Below are positions 18,546-31,132 of a stretch of 64,000 nt of DNA, piece by piece (position 1 is the first letter of the stretch; every line of letters begins with the position of its first letter). The DNA lies in the IMG/VR virus record IMGVR_UViG_3300049912_000012, positions 14,890-78,889 of that record; one strand, written 5' to 3'. Source of the stretch: a virus. The notes below the pieces were generated by a model. It worked only from the letters and a program-made list of their open reading frames with translations. It did not search any database and was not told the DNA's origin. The translations under genes were made by a program, and so were the position numbers.

Positions 18546-19007
18546 TCATCGAAATAGTATTTTAAATTCATCCTTATTCCTGCAAAAAATAGATTTGAGA
18601 GTGCCGTCACTTACATTCATTTCCTCACCCAGTTGTTTATATGTTAAATCTCTCCAAAAATGTCCAAGGATTATCTTCTTCTTAATATCTGAAAGATGAC
18701 TCCCATTAACAGCATTTAACATATCAGGATAATTCACTTCTTCGTCACTTATATCTAAACCATTTAAATCTGTATATCGTTGCTCTCTCTTTAACTGTGT
18801 TATACAACAATTTTTTACAAGTCTCCGAAGATAATTAATCCTTTGCCCATTGTAAAGTTCATATACATCAGTTCTTGACTCAAGAATCCTTAAAACACAA
18901 TCATGAATAATATCACCTGGGTCTAATCCATAACGAGCAATAGACCTTGTAAATAGTTTACGATTCTCATAAAAATATTCTACTAATTCATTTTTATCTA
19001 GTTTCAT
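18546..19007 (-). CDS. ECF-type sigma-70-like factor
   Basis: Region-2-like DIIHDCVLRI...YLRRLVKNCCI and region-4 HTH LTYKQLGEEMNVSDGTLKS. Confidence 0.75.
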   Translation of the reverse strand: MKLDKNELVEYFYENRKLFTRSIARYGLDPGDIIHDCVLRILESRTDVYELYNGQRINYLRRLVKNCCITQLKREQRYTDLNGLDISDEEVNYPDMLNAVNGSHLSDIKKKIILGHFWRDLTYKQLGEEMNVSDGTLKSIFCRNKDEFKILFR

Positions 19008-19017
19008 GACATTTATA

Positions 19018-20532
19018 TTAAGTTACCCTACGAGCTATCTTCTTATTAGCTAACTTAGTTACAGCAAGAGATGACGCATCAACCTGGTCCTTATATGTGG
19101 AAAACGGAAAATAACGTAATTCATTTATATAATTCAGATTCCAACTTCCCTGTAAAAGTATTACATTACCATTATTAACCTGTACTGAATAAGGATCAGC
19201 ACGATACGTTTTATCTCCCGATGCATGTTCTGAATCTGCTTTAAACCCTAAAAGATTCCTTATTGTACCTTCTGCCGATTCCTTCCCTGAACTACCAGGT
19301 TCTTGTTCTATCCATATTTCCACACCTGTACCATCTGTGTCTGCAACCGACCTGATAATCCTTTCTCTCTCTTGACTTTCCCATTGACCCCGCACAACAT
19401 CTTCAACCAATAACCTGTTATTAATCAATTTACTTATCTTAACCCCTGCTGTATATGCACCACCTCCCTGTGTTCCTGCCTTATCCCATGCACGCACAGT
19501 ATGTAATATCTCATGTTTTTGTGGAAGTGACGTGGTAATAGTAAATTTATCAACCTTGAACATACCTCCACCTGGGGGTGTAGGATTTTGCCCTATCTGC
19601 CCTGCATATCCATACTGTCCTAACTTGGATTCAAGGTCTTTAAGAGTCTTCCATGAAATACGCTTGGTATCCAAGAGATCATCAGTATAAAAATCAACCA
19701 TCTCTTTAGGAGTAACAAATTCCCTAAAGTTGCGTATCTCACCTGGGAGACAGATATGCCTGACATTTTCTTCTTTCTTATCAAGCCAATGACCTGATGG
19801 ATCATTCATATGAAGCCTTTGCATTATTAAAATAACAGGGGTAATATCTTTATCCCTCTTACGAAGTGGAAGTGTTTGTTCCATGAAATGATTAGCATTC
19901 GCCAATTCTATATCTGATGCAGCCTGTGTAGGATTTAACGGGTCATCAACAATAAGTATATCTGCATGAAATCCTGTAACAGTACCGGTAAGAGATGTAC
20001 TGATCCTGCCTCCACCCGTTAAAAGACTCCCCCTCCTATGAGTACCACCTGCACCTGTAACCTTCTTAGCAATCTTAAAATTAGACTTGACGTTCTTATC
20101 TTCCTTTATAATAATGTCAGGGTACATCTCTTGGAATAACTGGCTCTGCAATATATCACGACAATATTCTGCACTTTCCAAGGAAAGTTTATCCGAATAG
20201 GACATTGTTATGATAAGCATCCAATGCCATCGAGTCCAACACCAGATAGGAAACATGATACTAACAAGGGCCGTTTTTGTGCTTCCTGGTGGTACGTTCA
20301 GGATTAAATCATAATCCCTGGGTTCCCTACGTGAAACTTTCTCGGCAACTTTTTCAAGTTCTTTACAGAGATATTCTATATGCCAGTTTGGGGAAAACGG
20401 TTGTGACGAATATACAGGCCAAAAATATTTAAGGAAGTGGTAGAGGGAGCGGTTGTTTAGTTCCCTCGTAATGAGTAGGGGGTTCTTCAAGAGTTCCTTG
20501 ACAATTTCAGGGCTAATTGTCGTCCCCGGCAT
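19018..20532 (-). CDS. terL: Terminase large subunit
   Basis: LNVPPGSTKT Walker A, LIVDDP Walker B, IMQRLH, RAWDKA, EQEPGSSGK, DQVDA nuclease motifs. Confidence 0.95.
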   Translation of the reverse strand: MPGTTISPEIVKELLKNPLLITRELNNRSLYHFLKYFWPVYSSQPFSPNWHIEYLCKELEKVAEKVSRREPRDYDLILNVPPGSTKTALVSIMFPIWCWTRWHWMLIITMSYSDKLSLESAEYCRDILQSQLFQEMYPDIIIKEDKNVKSNFKIAKKVTGAGGTHRRGSLLTGGGRISTSLTGTVTGFHADILIVDDPLNPTQAASDIELANANHFMEQTLPLRKRDKDITPVILIMQRLHMNDPSGHWLDKKEENVRHICLPGEIRNFREFVTPKEMVDFYTDDLLDTKRISWKTLKDLESKLGQYGYAGQIGQNPTPPGGGMFKVDKFTITTSLPQKHEILHTVRAWDKAGTQGGGAYTAGVKISKLINNRLLVEDVVRGQWESQERERIIRSVADTDGTGVEIWIEQEPGSSGKESAEGTIRNLLGFKADSEHASGDKTYRADPYSVQVNNGNVILLQGSWNLNYINELRYFPFSTYKDQVDASSLAVTKLANKKIARRVT

Positions 20533-21055
20533 CTCCAGGTAGTGATATTAATGGTTCAGGTTCTATATCCGTGACATTCCTTAACTTCTTAGCTTCTTTC
20601 TCTAATAATGCCAAGATGTCAGTAGAGATAGTATCTATGTTGATGTTGATGTTTGCCGTGCTTTCTATACTTATCCTCTGTGTCTCTGACCATCCCTGGT
20701 CCCTCGCTTTAAGTGACATCAACCGCATTGCCGTCCAAGGATCAGGAAGTCTTTGCTTCTTGATAGTAGTTTTCTCCCACTTATGAACAGACCTGTCATA
20801 AGTTGCTACCTCTTCTTCATATGGAAAACCTAATGCAAGTTTAAGAATAGACTGTGTAACACCTGTTAAAATTCCCAAGTTACCATCGTCTATTGCCTTC
20901 TTAAATTCTTTATGAGTCTTTTTCCATTGACAGTAGGTAGAATAATGAACATCCATTATCTCAGCCTGTTTTTGCTCTGAAAATCCTGCAGACGTAAGCA
21001 AATAGGCCATTTCAATGTATCTATCTGTCCACTTTACTAACCTTGAAGGTAACAT
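20513..21055 (-). CDS. terS: Terminase small subunit
   Basis: N-terminal HTH (QAEIMDVHYSTYCQWKK), LKLALG..PDPWTA; directly upstream of TerL. Confidence 0.8.
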   Translation of the reverse strand: MLPSRLVKWTDRYIEMAYLLTSAGFSEQKQAEIMDVHYSTYCQWKKTHKEFKKAIDDGNLGILTGVTQSILKLALGFPYEEEVATYDRSVHKWEKTTIKKQRLPDPWTAMRLMSLKARDQGWSETQRISIESTANININIDTISTDILALLEKEAKKLRNVTDIEPEPLISLPGDAGDDN

Positions 21056-21197
21056 AAAAAATAATTTGGTTGCAATATAACGAAATATTTTTGACTTAAA
21101 CGTAGTTTTTAGTTAAAAAGTTTCAACTAACATATAAAATTACCAACATAGGTACATAAATAAATATGAAAATAAATTGAAATTTAAAGTCAGAATA

Positions 21198-21218
21198 TCA
21201 AAAAATATTTTATAATAG
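21198..21218 (+). promoter_or_regulatory. Repeated promoter-like motif TCAAAAA-n5/6-TTTATAATAG
   Basis: Further copies at 34496-34516, 43472-43493 and a variant at 35332-35353; all lie in or run into intergenic gaps. Confidence 0.6.
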
Positions 21219-21263
21219 TGAAAAATAATCGTTCTTTTCCATTGTGGATTCAAAAATAAGTTC

Positions 21264-21400
21264 TACATTTGCTCTTGATTATTGTAGTGGATTACAGATG
21301 TATCAAGAAAAAACTTACAGAATTGCCCTATGTGCTGATGAAAAATCGTCAGTCGAAAGGCTATCGTTTGTATCCACTACAACGTCAGCCATAGGGTTTC
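21264..21400 (+). promoter_or_regulatory. Bacteroidota -7 promoter (TACATTTG) + alternative-pairing leader RNA, copy 1
   Basis: 21282-21292 pairs with 21372-21382; 21326-21340 pairs with 21383-21396; GAAA tetraloop at 21351-21362. Confidence 0.65.
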
Positions 21401-21429
21401 TTCATAGCTTTTCCCATTGCTTGATTGTA

Positions 21430-21610
21430 TTGAAGCAGAATCCAAAGCGGAGCAGGATATAGAAGTCTGAGAAAGATAAACAAATCCATGCTCCTTCTGT
21501 TAATTGAAGACATGGTCGGACAAAAGAAAGATTTAAAACTCAGCCTTTAACGATGAGGACACTTCTTGACCTGAGTGCAGATGCAACACGGAAGAAGAAT
21601 TGTCCGAATA
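21430..21610 (+). ncRNA. Putative structured non-coding RNA
   Basis: No credible ORF; stems GGAGCA/TGCTCC, TCGGACAA/TTGTCCGA (21516-23 with 21600-07), ACTCAG/CTGAGT. Confidence 0.4.
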
Positions 21611-21996
21611 AAAGAAATATAATATGGAAATAATACTTTCACTCATAGCTTTATTTATTTCGGTACTTTTCTACCTCAGTGTTACCCAAACTCTAAAAGA
21701 TAAAAAGAAAGAGTTTAAGAGGATAAGTGGTATGGATTATGATGAATACATAAAAAAAGAGAGACTAAATAAAAAATGAGAAGGATAGCAAAAGTTATAA
21801 AAGGCAAGAAAGGTTATTTTATCCAAAGAGATGATGCAAAGATCAACTATGACTACAAGACTAAACAATTCTTATACGAATCAGAATTTATAACTACCGG
21901 TAAATTAATAAAAGAATTAAAGGAACAATTTGATGAAGGTTATCCTATCTCTGCAGACCCTAAAGTACTAAAGTCACTTGAAAAACTATTAGACAA

Positions 21997-22197
21997 ATGA
22001 AACATAAAGATACTTTTCTAACTAAAAAACAACTTCTTCACAGATTAGATGATGCTGATTATAGACTTGAATATTTTAAAGAATATTATTCTAAGTTAGA
22101 AAGTGATAATAAAGCATTGCAAAAACAACTATTTAATATGGATAGGAAGTACTATGAATTATTAAATAAAAAAAAGTGGTATCAGTTTTGGATATAA
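21997..22197 (+). CDS. Coiled-coil peptide ending KKKWYQFW (paralog of 47301..47510)
   Basis: Directly alignable over its full length with 47301..47510. Confidence 0.7.
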   Translation: MKHKDTFLTKKQLLHRLDDADYRLEYFKEYYSKLESDNKALQKQLFNMDRKYYELLNKKKWYQFWI

Positions 22198-22225
22198 ACG
22201 TCCTATATAATATAAGGTATAACCA

Positions 22226-22249
22226 AGTAATTTTAACTTTAAAAATGCT
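22226..22249. repeat. 24-bp palindromic site AGCAATTTT-N6-AAAAWTRCT-like, copy 1 of 8
   Basis: Other copies at 24151, 27864, 28089, 28800, 31132, 32755, 48772. Confidence 0.8.
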
Positions 22250-24728
22250 AAGATGGAGCCAAGAGACATAGAAAACCCTATTATTGAAAAAGACTTCAGA
22301 CACCAGTTAAATACTCTCTACGCCTTTTTATACAACCCTATGATACATGAGAGCGTCCCAGGCATTGTAAGCATCCACAGGACAAGGGAAGGGGCTGAGA
22401 AAGCCTTGGAGTGGCACAAGAACGAGGTAAGAGAAGAGTGGAAGTACAGGGGTGCTCCTGAAGAATATCCATTTGACTTTTGCCAATGGTGGGGAATAGA
22501 AGAAATACAAATACAAGACTAACTATGACAATAGCACTTATAATCATAATAATTCTACTAATAGGGATTATTATTCTTTTTGCCAAATTATTCTCTGACT
22601 GTTTTAAATGGCCATCATGAAAAATAGCTTTGAACAAAAAGTCCTAATTTTCTATCTAATACTGACAGTTATCTCAGTAATAACTGTAATTATAATAATA
22701 AATTTAAAGTACTTCTGATGAAAGACCTAATCAAAAAAGGCATAAAGACATTAAAAGACAATGGATACAAGCCTAAAGCTATTTGGCAAGATGGAGACAA
22801 CATCTATATAGTAACAGACAACATAGACAGAAGTAAATACGCTAAACTAATAAAGAAATTCAAATGAAAGAGAAACTTTATACTGAACAAATATTCTTTA
22901 GAAGAACCAAGGGTGGGAAAATTGAGACAGCGTGGCTAACCTTTAATAGCAAGTGGCTAGCTCAAAACAGAGATGTATTTGCGAGAGCAATAAAACAACA
23001 TATCGGGGAAGTATCAACATTATGGGGATAATATTATGAAAGAAAGACAATTTTACATTCAGCATGGATATGTAGGCAATGCTATGTGCTGGTGGAGGAA
23101 AGGAGACAGAGGCTACTCTACCAACCTCTCAGAAGCAGGCAAGTACCCTGAGTCAGTAGCAAGACGACAGGCAGCATGCAGACCTGAAGAAGATACAGCA
23201 TGGCCTGTAGACTACATCAACGGCAACAAGAAAGCCCACAAGAAGGTTGTAGACAGTCAGTACTGCGACTTCTCAGAGATGATATATGTAGCTAAAAAAG
23301 AGAAAAAGCTATGCAAAGCAGATTATGATATGTCAACTTCAAGAGATTAAGATATGAGAAAGTGTAAACTTTGCGGAGATTTAACAGACACTGTATTCAA
23401 CATAGACTTTAAAGCAGTACCTGTTTGTGAAGGCTGCGCTGCTTCCGTATTTCTACAACAAGCTAATTGGTATATAAAAGAATCTATTTCTAAAATTCAC
23501 AAAACTGTAGAAAAAGATAATAATAACATCTTTAAACACATAAACGAATGAAAACATTTTTTACATACGAAGAAGATGAAGCATATCGTCAAGGACGAAA
23601 AGATGCTGACTATGGAAGAACTGATCATTTTAGAACCAGTAGAAGCTTTGCAGAATACGACACACCTGATAAAGCATACTGGATAGGACAGGATGAACGC
23701 AAGCACGAGAAAGATGTTGCTGAGAGACAAAGAGAATATTGGGATGAACAATATGATAGATGGAGGAATGGATAAACAAGCAAGGCATGAATGAAAATGA
23801 ATTAATGCTCGGAAATTACTATGCTATCGCAGAAAATGACGGAATTAAATATAAACAAATAACATATCTCATTCCTTCTGCCGAAGAATGGTTTTCAGAT
23901 GGAGACAATATATCTCGTGCAGCAAAATCAGTTCCATTAGACCAAGTATGGATAAAATTATTAGGATTTAAATGGATAGGAAATCCCAATAAAACAGATA
24001 GTCTTGTCATTACTCACTTTTCTAAACCAAATATAGAGATAATTTATTCTGACAAATATGGGTATAACCTAAGAGATATTAATGTAAAAATAAAATATGT
24101 TCATCAATTGCAAAACCTTTGGTTTGAACTTACAAAATTCAAATTAACCAAGCAATTTTAAAAGTAAAAATGCTATGAAATACTGGATAGAACTAACAAA
24201 GCCTGAGATAGAACATTTAAACAGCCTCCTGTCACTAAACGAAAACTACGGATGCTACTACGGCTCTAAGATGCAATATTGGAACAGACACAAGAGACTA
24301 TGTACTAAGCTAGACAATATATCTAAAGACCGCTATATGTTCAGATCACCTAAAACAAAATAAGATGAAAAAGATAACATTACCAGAAGACAACCTAAAA
24401 CAAGACGAATATAAATTATACATAAATGCTCCTAGCTACGAAAACCAGAGGGCAAGGATGGAATTTGAAATAAAAAGAAATAAAGAACTATTGAGATTAC
24501 AAAAACAACGAAATAATTACCTTTATATATTATTAGTAATTGTAATTGCAATTTTTGTTATACTTCTTATGTCCTGTAATCCTAAAATGTCCAACATAAT
24601 AATAAGAAAACAACTTATATACGACAATATATCTGTATACTACTTCGGAGACTATAAGTTCTTTAGCGACTCAACTCGCTATGAGCCAGGAGATACTGTC
24701 AAAGACCTTCATGAAATAAGCTACAAAG

Positions 24729-25085
24729 TCAAAGTACAACACTAGCTCCATCCTGAATATCATTATCCCTCTTAAATATCCCATTCTCCATCTTCCCAAA
24801 GATGTAAGCATGCTCCCCTATCCCTACCTTCGTAACCCTCTTAACAACTAACCTTCTCCCTTTAGCCTCTACAACAGGCATAGGAGGCATTTTCTCCACA
24901 GGAACTACTACATGCTCCCTTATAGGCACATAGTTGTTTAGACTCTCTATAATCATCGCCCTGTACTTCTCCGGTATAGGACGCTCACTATTCACCCGTA
25001 TAGTGCCAACAGGTATCCCCAATGCCTTCTCCACCGAATAAGCATTGATAAACGGATGCGACTTCAAAAACTCCTTTATTTCCAT
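24729..25085 (-). CDS. Putative HTH DNA-binding regulator
   Basis: INAYSVEKALGIPVGTI HTH-like motif; only credible minus-strand gene in the early region. Confidence 0.55.
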   Translation of the reverse strand: MEIKEFLKSHPFINAYSVEKALGIPVGTIRVNSERPIPEKYRAMIIESLNNYVPIREHVVVPVEKMPPMPVVEAKGRRLVVKRVTKVGIGEHAYIFGKMENGIFKRDNDIQDGASVVL

Positions 25086-25655
25086 ATGTCAAGTAATTTG
25101 TCACGAAGATACACCTTATTTCTTACATTATCAAGTTTCTTGTCATATACTTATTAACACTTGTCAAAAAACTTGTCAGAGTGTTTTCCGTTGGAATTGT
25201 TTTTCCGAAATTTTTCCCAAGGTGTTTTCTTCTTGAATTCTTTCTGCAAATTATCAGAGAGCGTGTCCACCCAGGCTTCCCTCCCCTACCGGTCAAGCCT
25301 GCCAGCCGGTCCCCTGGCAAAGGTCCTGCCAAAGGTATGTATATATGACTAGCTAGCTGATCATGTCTTAAATAGCCTGCAAATAGGTCCCCTTTGAATG
25401 TATGTATAAAGGATTAAGGCCAGGGACAGGTCAGTGATGTGACCTTTCCCGGATATTTGCCAAAGGTTTATTTAATACAAGTTAGTTAGTTGTGATCTAT
25501 GATATATATTTATTTAGTTTATTAAGTGTATTTCTTACACTTAAATAAGTTATTGAATTTGCTGTTAATAAGTGTTAATTATACACTTATTAGTTATTTA
25601 TTAACTAATTATTAAGTTATATAACTATGTTATAATTAGTTGTGCATGGTTATTG

Positions 25656-25663
25656 TATATTTG
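25656..25663 (+). promoter_or_regulatory. Bacteroidota sigma-A -7 element TATATTTG for the early region
   Basis: Matches TAnnTTTG with TTG upstream; precedes the first AT-rich early ORFs. Confidence 0.5.
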
Positions 25664-25786
25664 CAAATGTTAGTTATTTTAAGGTTTATTTAAAATAGTT
25701 AATATTCTATTAATACCGGTTATTATTCTATGTATATTATATGTTATTGTTTCATACCTTTATATAGTTAATTAATACATAAAGCT

Positions 25787-28700
25787 ATGAAATACGTTCA
25801 AACTTTGTCATTTAGGTCTAATCGTAAATTTTTATCTGCTGAATTCATTAAGGACCGTAATTTTGATATTAACTTTCGTATCAATTTTAGGGCTACATTA
25901 GTACGTCATTATGGTACATCTTTGCGCCATGACTTGCATACATCTACTTACTTACGATATGCATTGGTTGACTAAATTGACTTACTGTTTGTTTCTTCAC
26001 ACTTCACTAATATACTAAAGCTATGTCACACAATTCACAGGCTAAAAAATTAGCTACAGTTTTGAACTTCGGTTCACTTTCTTCACTTTCTTATGATGAC
26101 TTAATTAAGGACCTGGATAATAGGTTTGCTTCTCCTTCTCATAAGTCCCTATATACTTATGATGACTATGTCGAGCAATACAAGGAATATGGCTATAATG
26201 GCAAAGTTTGCTATGTCTTCACCCCTTATAATGAATATGACGAGGACCTGGATAAAACATGGCATTTCACTACTAATATTTTTACATTGATTGATATGAT
26301 TTTTAAGCAAATTAGTCTATTATAGCCTTATTTGCCATTTTTAGCTTATTTGCGCTATTATCATATTGTTTTGATATATTGGTATTGTCTATTATTGTCA
26401 ATACCTTAAATTGGAAGTAATTAACTTTTATTAATAATCTATAATTATCCAAATTATGAAAAATTTAACTTACTTATTGCCTTATGTACCTTTGTATATT
26501 TTTGTTGGTACATTATTGATAACATTAGTTGTCAGTTTTATTAAAGTGTTTATTAACTCTAAATTAAGGTAATTATGAAAACTCTTAAATTACATGAAAT
26601 AATCAGTTTATCTGATGAAGGTAAAAGTTCAATGTTAATTGAATTGTTAGTTCCTTACAAAAATAGCTTATTAACTTATTATCGTAATTATCATAATTGC
26701 GAGCCTGTTTTAATGGTCACTGATGTTTTTAATTCATGTTCATATGGTTTAATTGTACCTGATAATGAATTCAGTGAAGCTATTTGTACATATTTGGATA
26801 ATTACGATTGTATGAATGAAGATAATGAAGATTATAGTACATATGAAACTATATGTTTTAATTCTATTGCACTCGAAAAATTATAATTGTATAACTTAAT
26901 AATTAATATAATGAAAGAAAATTATAGATATTCCAATTTTGCGTCTCATTATAATGGTATTCATCCTTTACAAGTTATGAGGCGATATGTTGAATTCATA
27001 AGTAAAAAAATTAATGCAGGTATTCAATATGATGAAGATACAATGAAAGATTATATAAGGTATTCAAATTTGACTAAAATTAATTAACATGAAAGATCAG
27101 TTTATAAAGCTATTAGATCAGTATATTGATGATATTATCCAGGATACAAGTTTAAATTATACCTGCAAATCTTTTATCGTTGATCTGAGTAAATTATTCA
27201 GAACCGGAATAATTAATTTTTTTGCAAGTGTTGAAAAAATAAAGAAAAATAATAAATAAACAATTTAATCTTAATTACAATGAAAAATAAATTAGATCAA
27301 ACTATTTGTAACTTATGGCATATCTCCAGGACTGCACTAGCTAAAGAAGATTATTCCAGGCATTCCAGAATGTTATACATCAAATTTGAATTAAACAGAA
27401 CGTATCCGGAATTAATCAAAGATATGACAAATAAACAGATTTGGTTCACTATTGAAGATGAAACAAGTCCAGTAAAGTATTAACAATTTAATTTTAATCA
27501 AAGATGAAAAATATAAAAAGAGTTTATATAACTATTGATAATAAGTTATATATAAAAGTTCATGGTTTATTAGTTCAGACAAAAGTTATTAATCTTAAAC
27601 ATATTTAATTATGAAAAATATTGAACGTTTGGATTATATCCGGGATGTTGAAAATAAATTGCTTAATCTTAAAAAAGCAATGTTTGAACTTACTGAAATA
27701 TGGTTAAATGATTATAAATATGATATTGATCTTAATCAATATTTAAATGAAAATTATCCATTTGCAGATAGTTTTGATGATCAACAAATAAGTGTTGGTA
27801 AATGGATAATTAATGCAAATAAAGAATTATCAGAACTTAAAAAAGATTTACAGAATGAATAAAAGCAATTTTAATATTAAAAATAGTTATTTATTAATCA
27901 AATAAAGTAAAGTTATGGAAAAAATTGATTACTACAAATTACAAGTTAATAAAATTAACTTTCATTTAGATTACCCTGCAAAAGTTTTATTTGTTGATGA
28001 AAATAATAAAACTAAGTTTTTAGACCTAAATAAAGAATCTGCAAAGGTTATAATAGATAAACTTAAAACAGAATTCAATATAGATTAAAGCAATTTTAAA
28101 GTTAAAAACACTAAAAATATAAAATTATGAGATACCAGGAAATTAGAAAAGAATCAGAAAAAAAACGCAATCAGTTAATAAATGATTGTAATGTATTTTT
28201 TGCATTCAGTAATGAACAATTTGCAGAAGGTAAAAAAAATAACCCTATTGCAGAAGGTGAAAAATATGTAAGTATTGGCGCAGGTGGATATATGCCAAAA
28301 TCAAAATATAAGTTATTTAGTGACGGCTTGGATAATATAAATAAATGGGAAAAATCAGAAATAAAGAAAGTAAAAGAAAATAAAGAAAAACACATCTTAT
28401 TTGAGTTACGAAATCATGAATGTTTTTATATTGGAGACATTAATGATGTTATTCATTATCTGCCATATAATAGAAAAGATATTCAGCAAGTTTTTAATAA
28501 ATATAAGACTACAGAAATACAATACTAATAACTAAAACAATGAAAACACTAAAGGAAATTTTAGAAAACAATGAAGCTTTTATTTTATCAGAATATGATG
28601 AAATAGTTTATAACGCAATGGACCACGAAAACCATAAGAAAGGGAAAAATAGTAAAGGGGAGAACGTTTTTAATATTGTTTATTCTATTTATGCTGTAAA

Positions 28701-31132
28701 CTTAAAAGATAATTACTGTTTTGCACAAAATAGAAATGCATGGGGACAAATAACAGATGAAACAATTAAATTAAATGAATTGACTATATATGTAAAGTAA
28801 GCAATTTTAACTTTAAAAATACTAAAGATATGAAAAAATTACTCAAAGATTATGATTTAAAAACTGATTTTGATTATTATGAATTAATAGTTAATTCAGT
28901 AATTAACGGAAATAGAACGCAAGCTAAAGAACAATTTAAAGCAATGCCAAAGATAAACAGAAAAGAGTTTATAAAACATTTATTGATTTATTCAGATTTA
29001 TATGATGAATTTACTCATTCTGATAAAATTATGTTTATAGATCAATTTTAAGCTATTCAAATAACATTTGATAGTCTTATATTCCTGTAATTGTTTGAAC
29101 GTCTTAAAACGTATTAAAATAGCATTGTATTGAAGTTTATTAACCAAATAAATAAAGTTATGAAAAAAGAATTAAACATTACTAAAAATGACATTCAGAA
29201 TGTTATTAAAGATTTACGCAAAAATTTAGAAAATCTTTTTGCTTGCGAGTTTTATACTTTTGAAGAGTATAAACAAAATTTAGATGAATTAGAAAACTTT
29301 GAATTGTATTTAACATTTAATAATTAACCAAATTATGAAAACAAAACTTATTTCCAGGATTTACAGAGATATACAAGCAAGAAAGCAATGTATAAAAACT
29401 ACAAATTTTGAATGGTTAAATAAATGGACTGATCATTTAGAATTGTTAAATAAATCTTTGCCGTCTGGTTCTGGTATTGATGCAGGATGCAAAATTGATA
29501 TTCAGAACAGTAAAGAGGATAAGATAATAATATCATTTAGTTATCATCATCTTAACGAAAATGGATATTATGACGGATGGACTGATCATAAATTAATTCT
29601 CAGACCTACGTTTGATGAATTTAGCATGAAGATAACAGGCAAAGATAAAAACCAGGTCAAAGATTATCTATATGATGTTTTTTACTTTGCATTAAATAAG
29701 GAAATAGAATTTACTGCAATAGAATAAGTTTTTAGCTTGTTTTAGCTATTATCTATCTTAATTGATAGAATATACTTAACAATTATTTAATTGTCTTAAA
29801 TCGTCTTATTTTAACTAATAAATAAATATTATGAAAACAAAAGAAATTTCCTTTAAAACAATTCAGAAAATAAAAGTTAATAATAAATTAGCTGAACAAT
29901 TGCAGACTATTGAAAATATTACTTTTGATCTATATTATAAAAATCAGGGTAATCATTCATTAAATATAGATCAGTTTAAAAAAGATATTGCAGATTATGA
30001 TAATGATTTTACTGATCTTAATGCAGATAATTTTATTTATATGATTATGCAATTTTGTGAAATAAATCAAAGATTATTAATTGAAGAATCTAAAAAGTTA
30101 ATGCAATGAAAACAAGATTATACAGAGTTAAAAAAGTTCCTTTATGGTATTATTCATGGTTAAATAAACAATACCTTAATGATGATAAGAATAAATATAC
30201 TTTCAAAGATTTTTATTGGTATTGGCATGGAGATCAAAAAGTATATGGATGTTTTGTAATGAATAATAATAATCTTTGGAGTAATCCACAAGTATCAATA
30301 AATGACTTATGAAAAATGATAGTGAATATACAGAAAAAGAAATTGACAATTTCCTATTGTTTGCAGACTTTGAGATAATAGAAGATATACACGATTGTCA
30401 AATGATACCAGAAGAATTAAATTTTAGAGAATTCCTGGAATTGTACCAAAAAAGACATTTACAGAAATATGGAAGTTATTTAACTATAAAAAATTAAAAA
30501 AATGGAAGAAGTTAATTTGAATGATGAAATTTACATGGCATTAGTTGATAGTGCAGAAGATTACAATGATGATGATTTGTCACAATTTAGAAAAGATAAA
30601 TCTAATTGTGAAATTGCAGAAGCAATTTGTAATATGCTCGAAAAAAGAGGATATGTATTGATGCAAAAGAATTGGAATTATGAAAATAAAATATACTTAA
30701 AGAGATGAATACATTAACAATGAATCAATGGTATGAATTACTAAAAAATAAACCTATCAGTAAAATAGAGGAAACATTACAAGATACGTTAAAAGAGATT
30801 AAATTCTTAGAAAGTATCTATACTACCGGAGGAGAATTAAACTATTTCTCAAAACAATTTAGTGATAGTGCATATAGAGAAAGAGAATATTTTTGTCAAT
30901 TATCATCAGCTTGTTATAAACTATTAAGAGAATTAAGACCATGAAACAGAAATTTATCTATTCCCTTATGGATGCAGGGACAGAAAAAGAAGTTAGTAAC
31001 ATTGTTACTGATAACCTGGAATTGCTATTTAACTATCCTGAACTTTGGAGATATGTAAGAAATAGTAAAAGAAGAATTAAGAGAATTAAAAGAGAAAAGA
31101 TGAAACATTGGTATGTTTTTGAAATGAACTAA
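25787..31132 (+). other. Very AT-rich early region of ~20 small hypothetical ORFs
   Basis: Co-oriented 60-133 aa ORFs with AT-rich spacers, typical of phage host-takeover regions. Confidence 0.7.

Larger units (their letters stand above)
21624..24745 (+). other. Cluster of ~15 small hypothetical phage ORFs
   Basis: Tightly packed, often overlapping ORFs of 50-130 aa (21776, 21997, 22253, 23036, 23354, 23548, 23760, 24175, 24365 etc.). Confidence 0.7.

Noticed and set aside
21335-21395. Hammerhead-like CTGATGA...GAAA
   Set aside because: The intervening bases cannot form stem II, and no correctly placed NUH/stem III exists; better explained by the leader hairpins
25718-25750. dif-like TGTATATTAT(AT)GTTA
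   Set aside because: Two extra bases break the XerD arm, no XerC arm is present, and the context is extremely AT-rich
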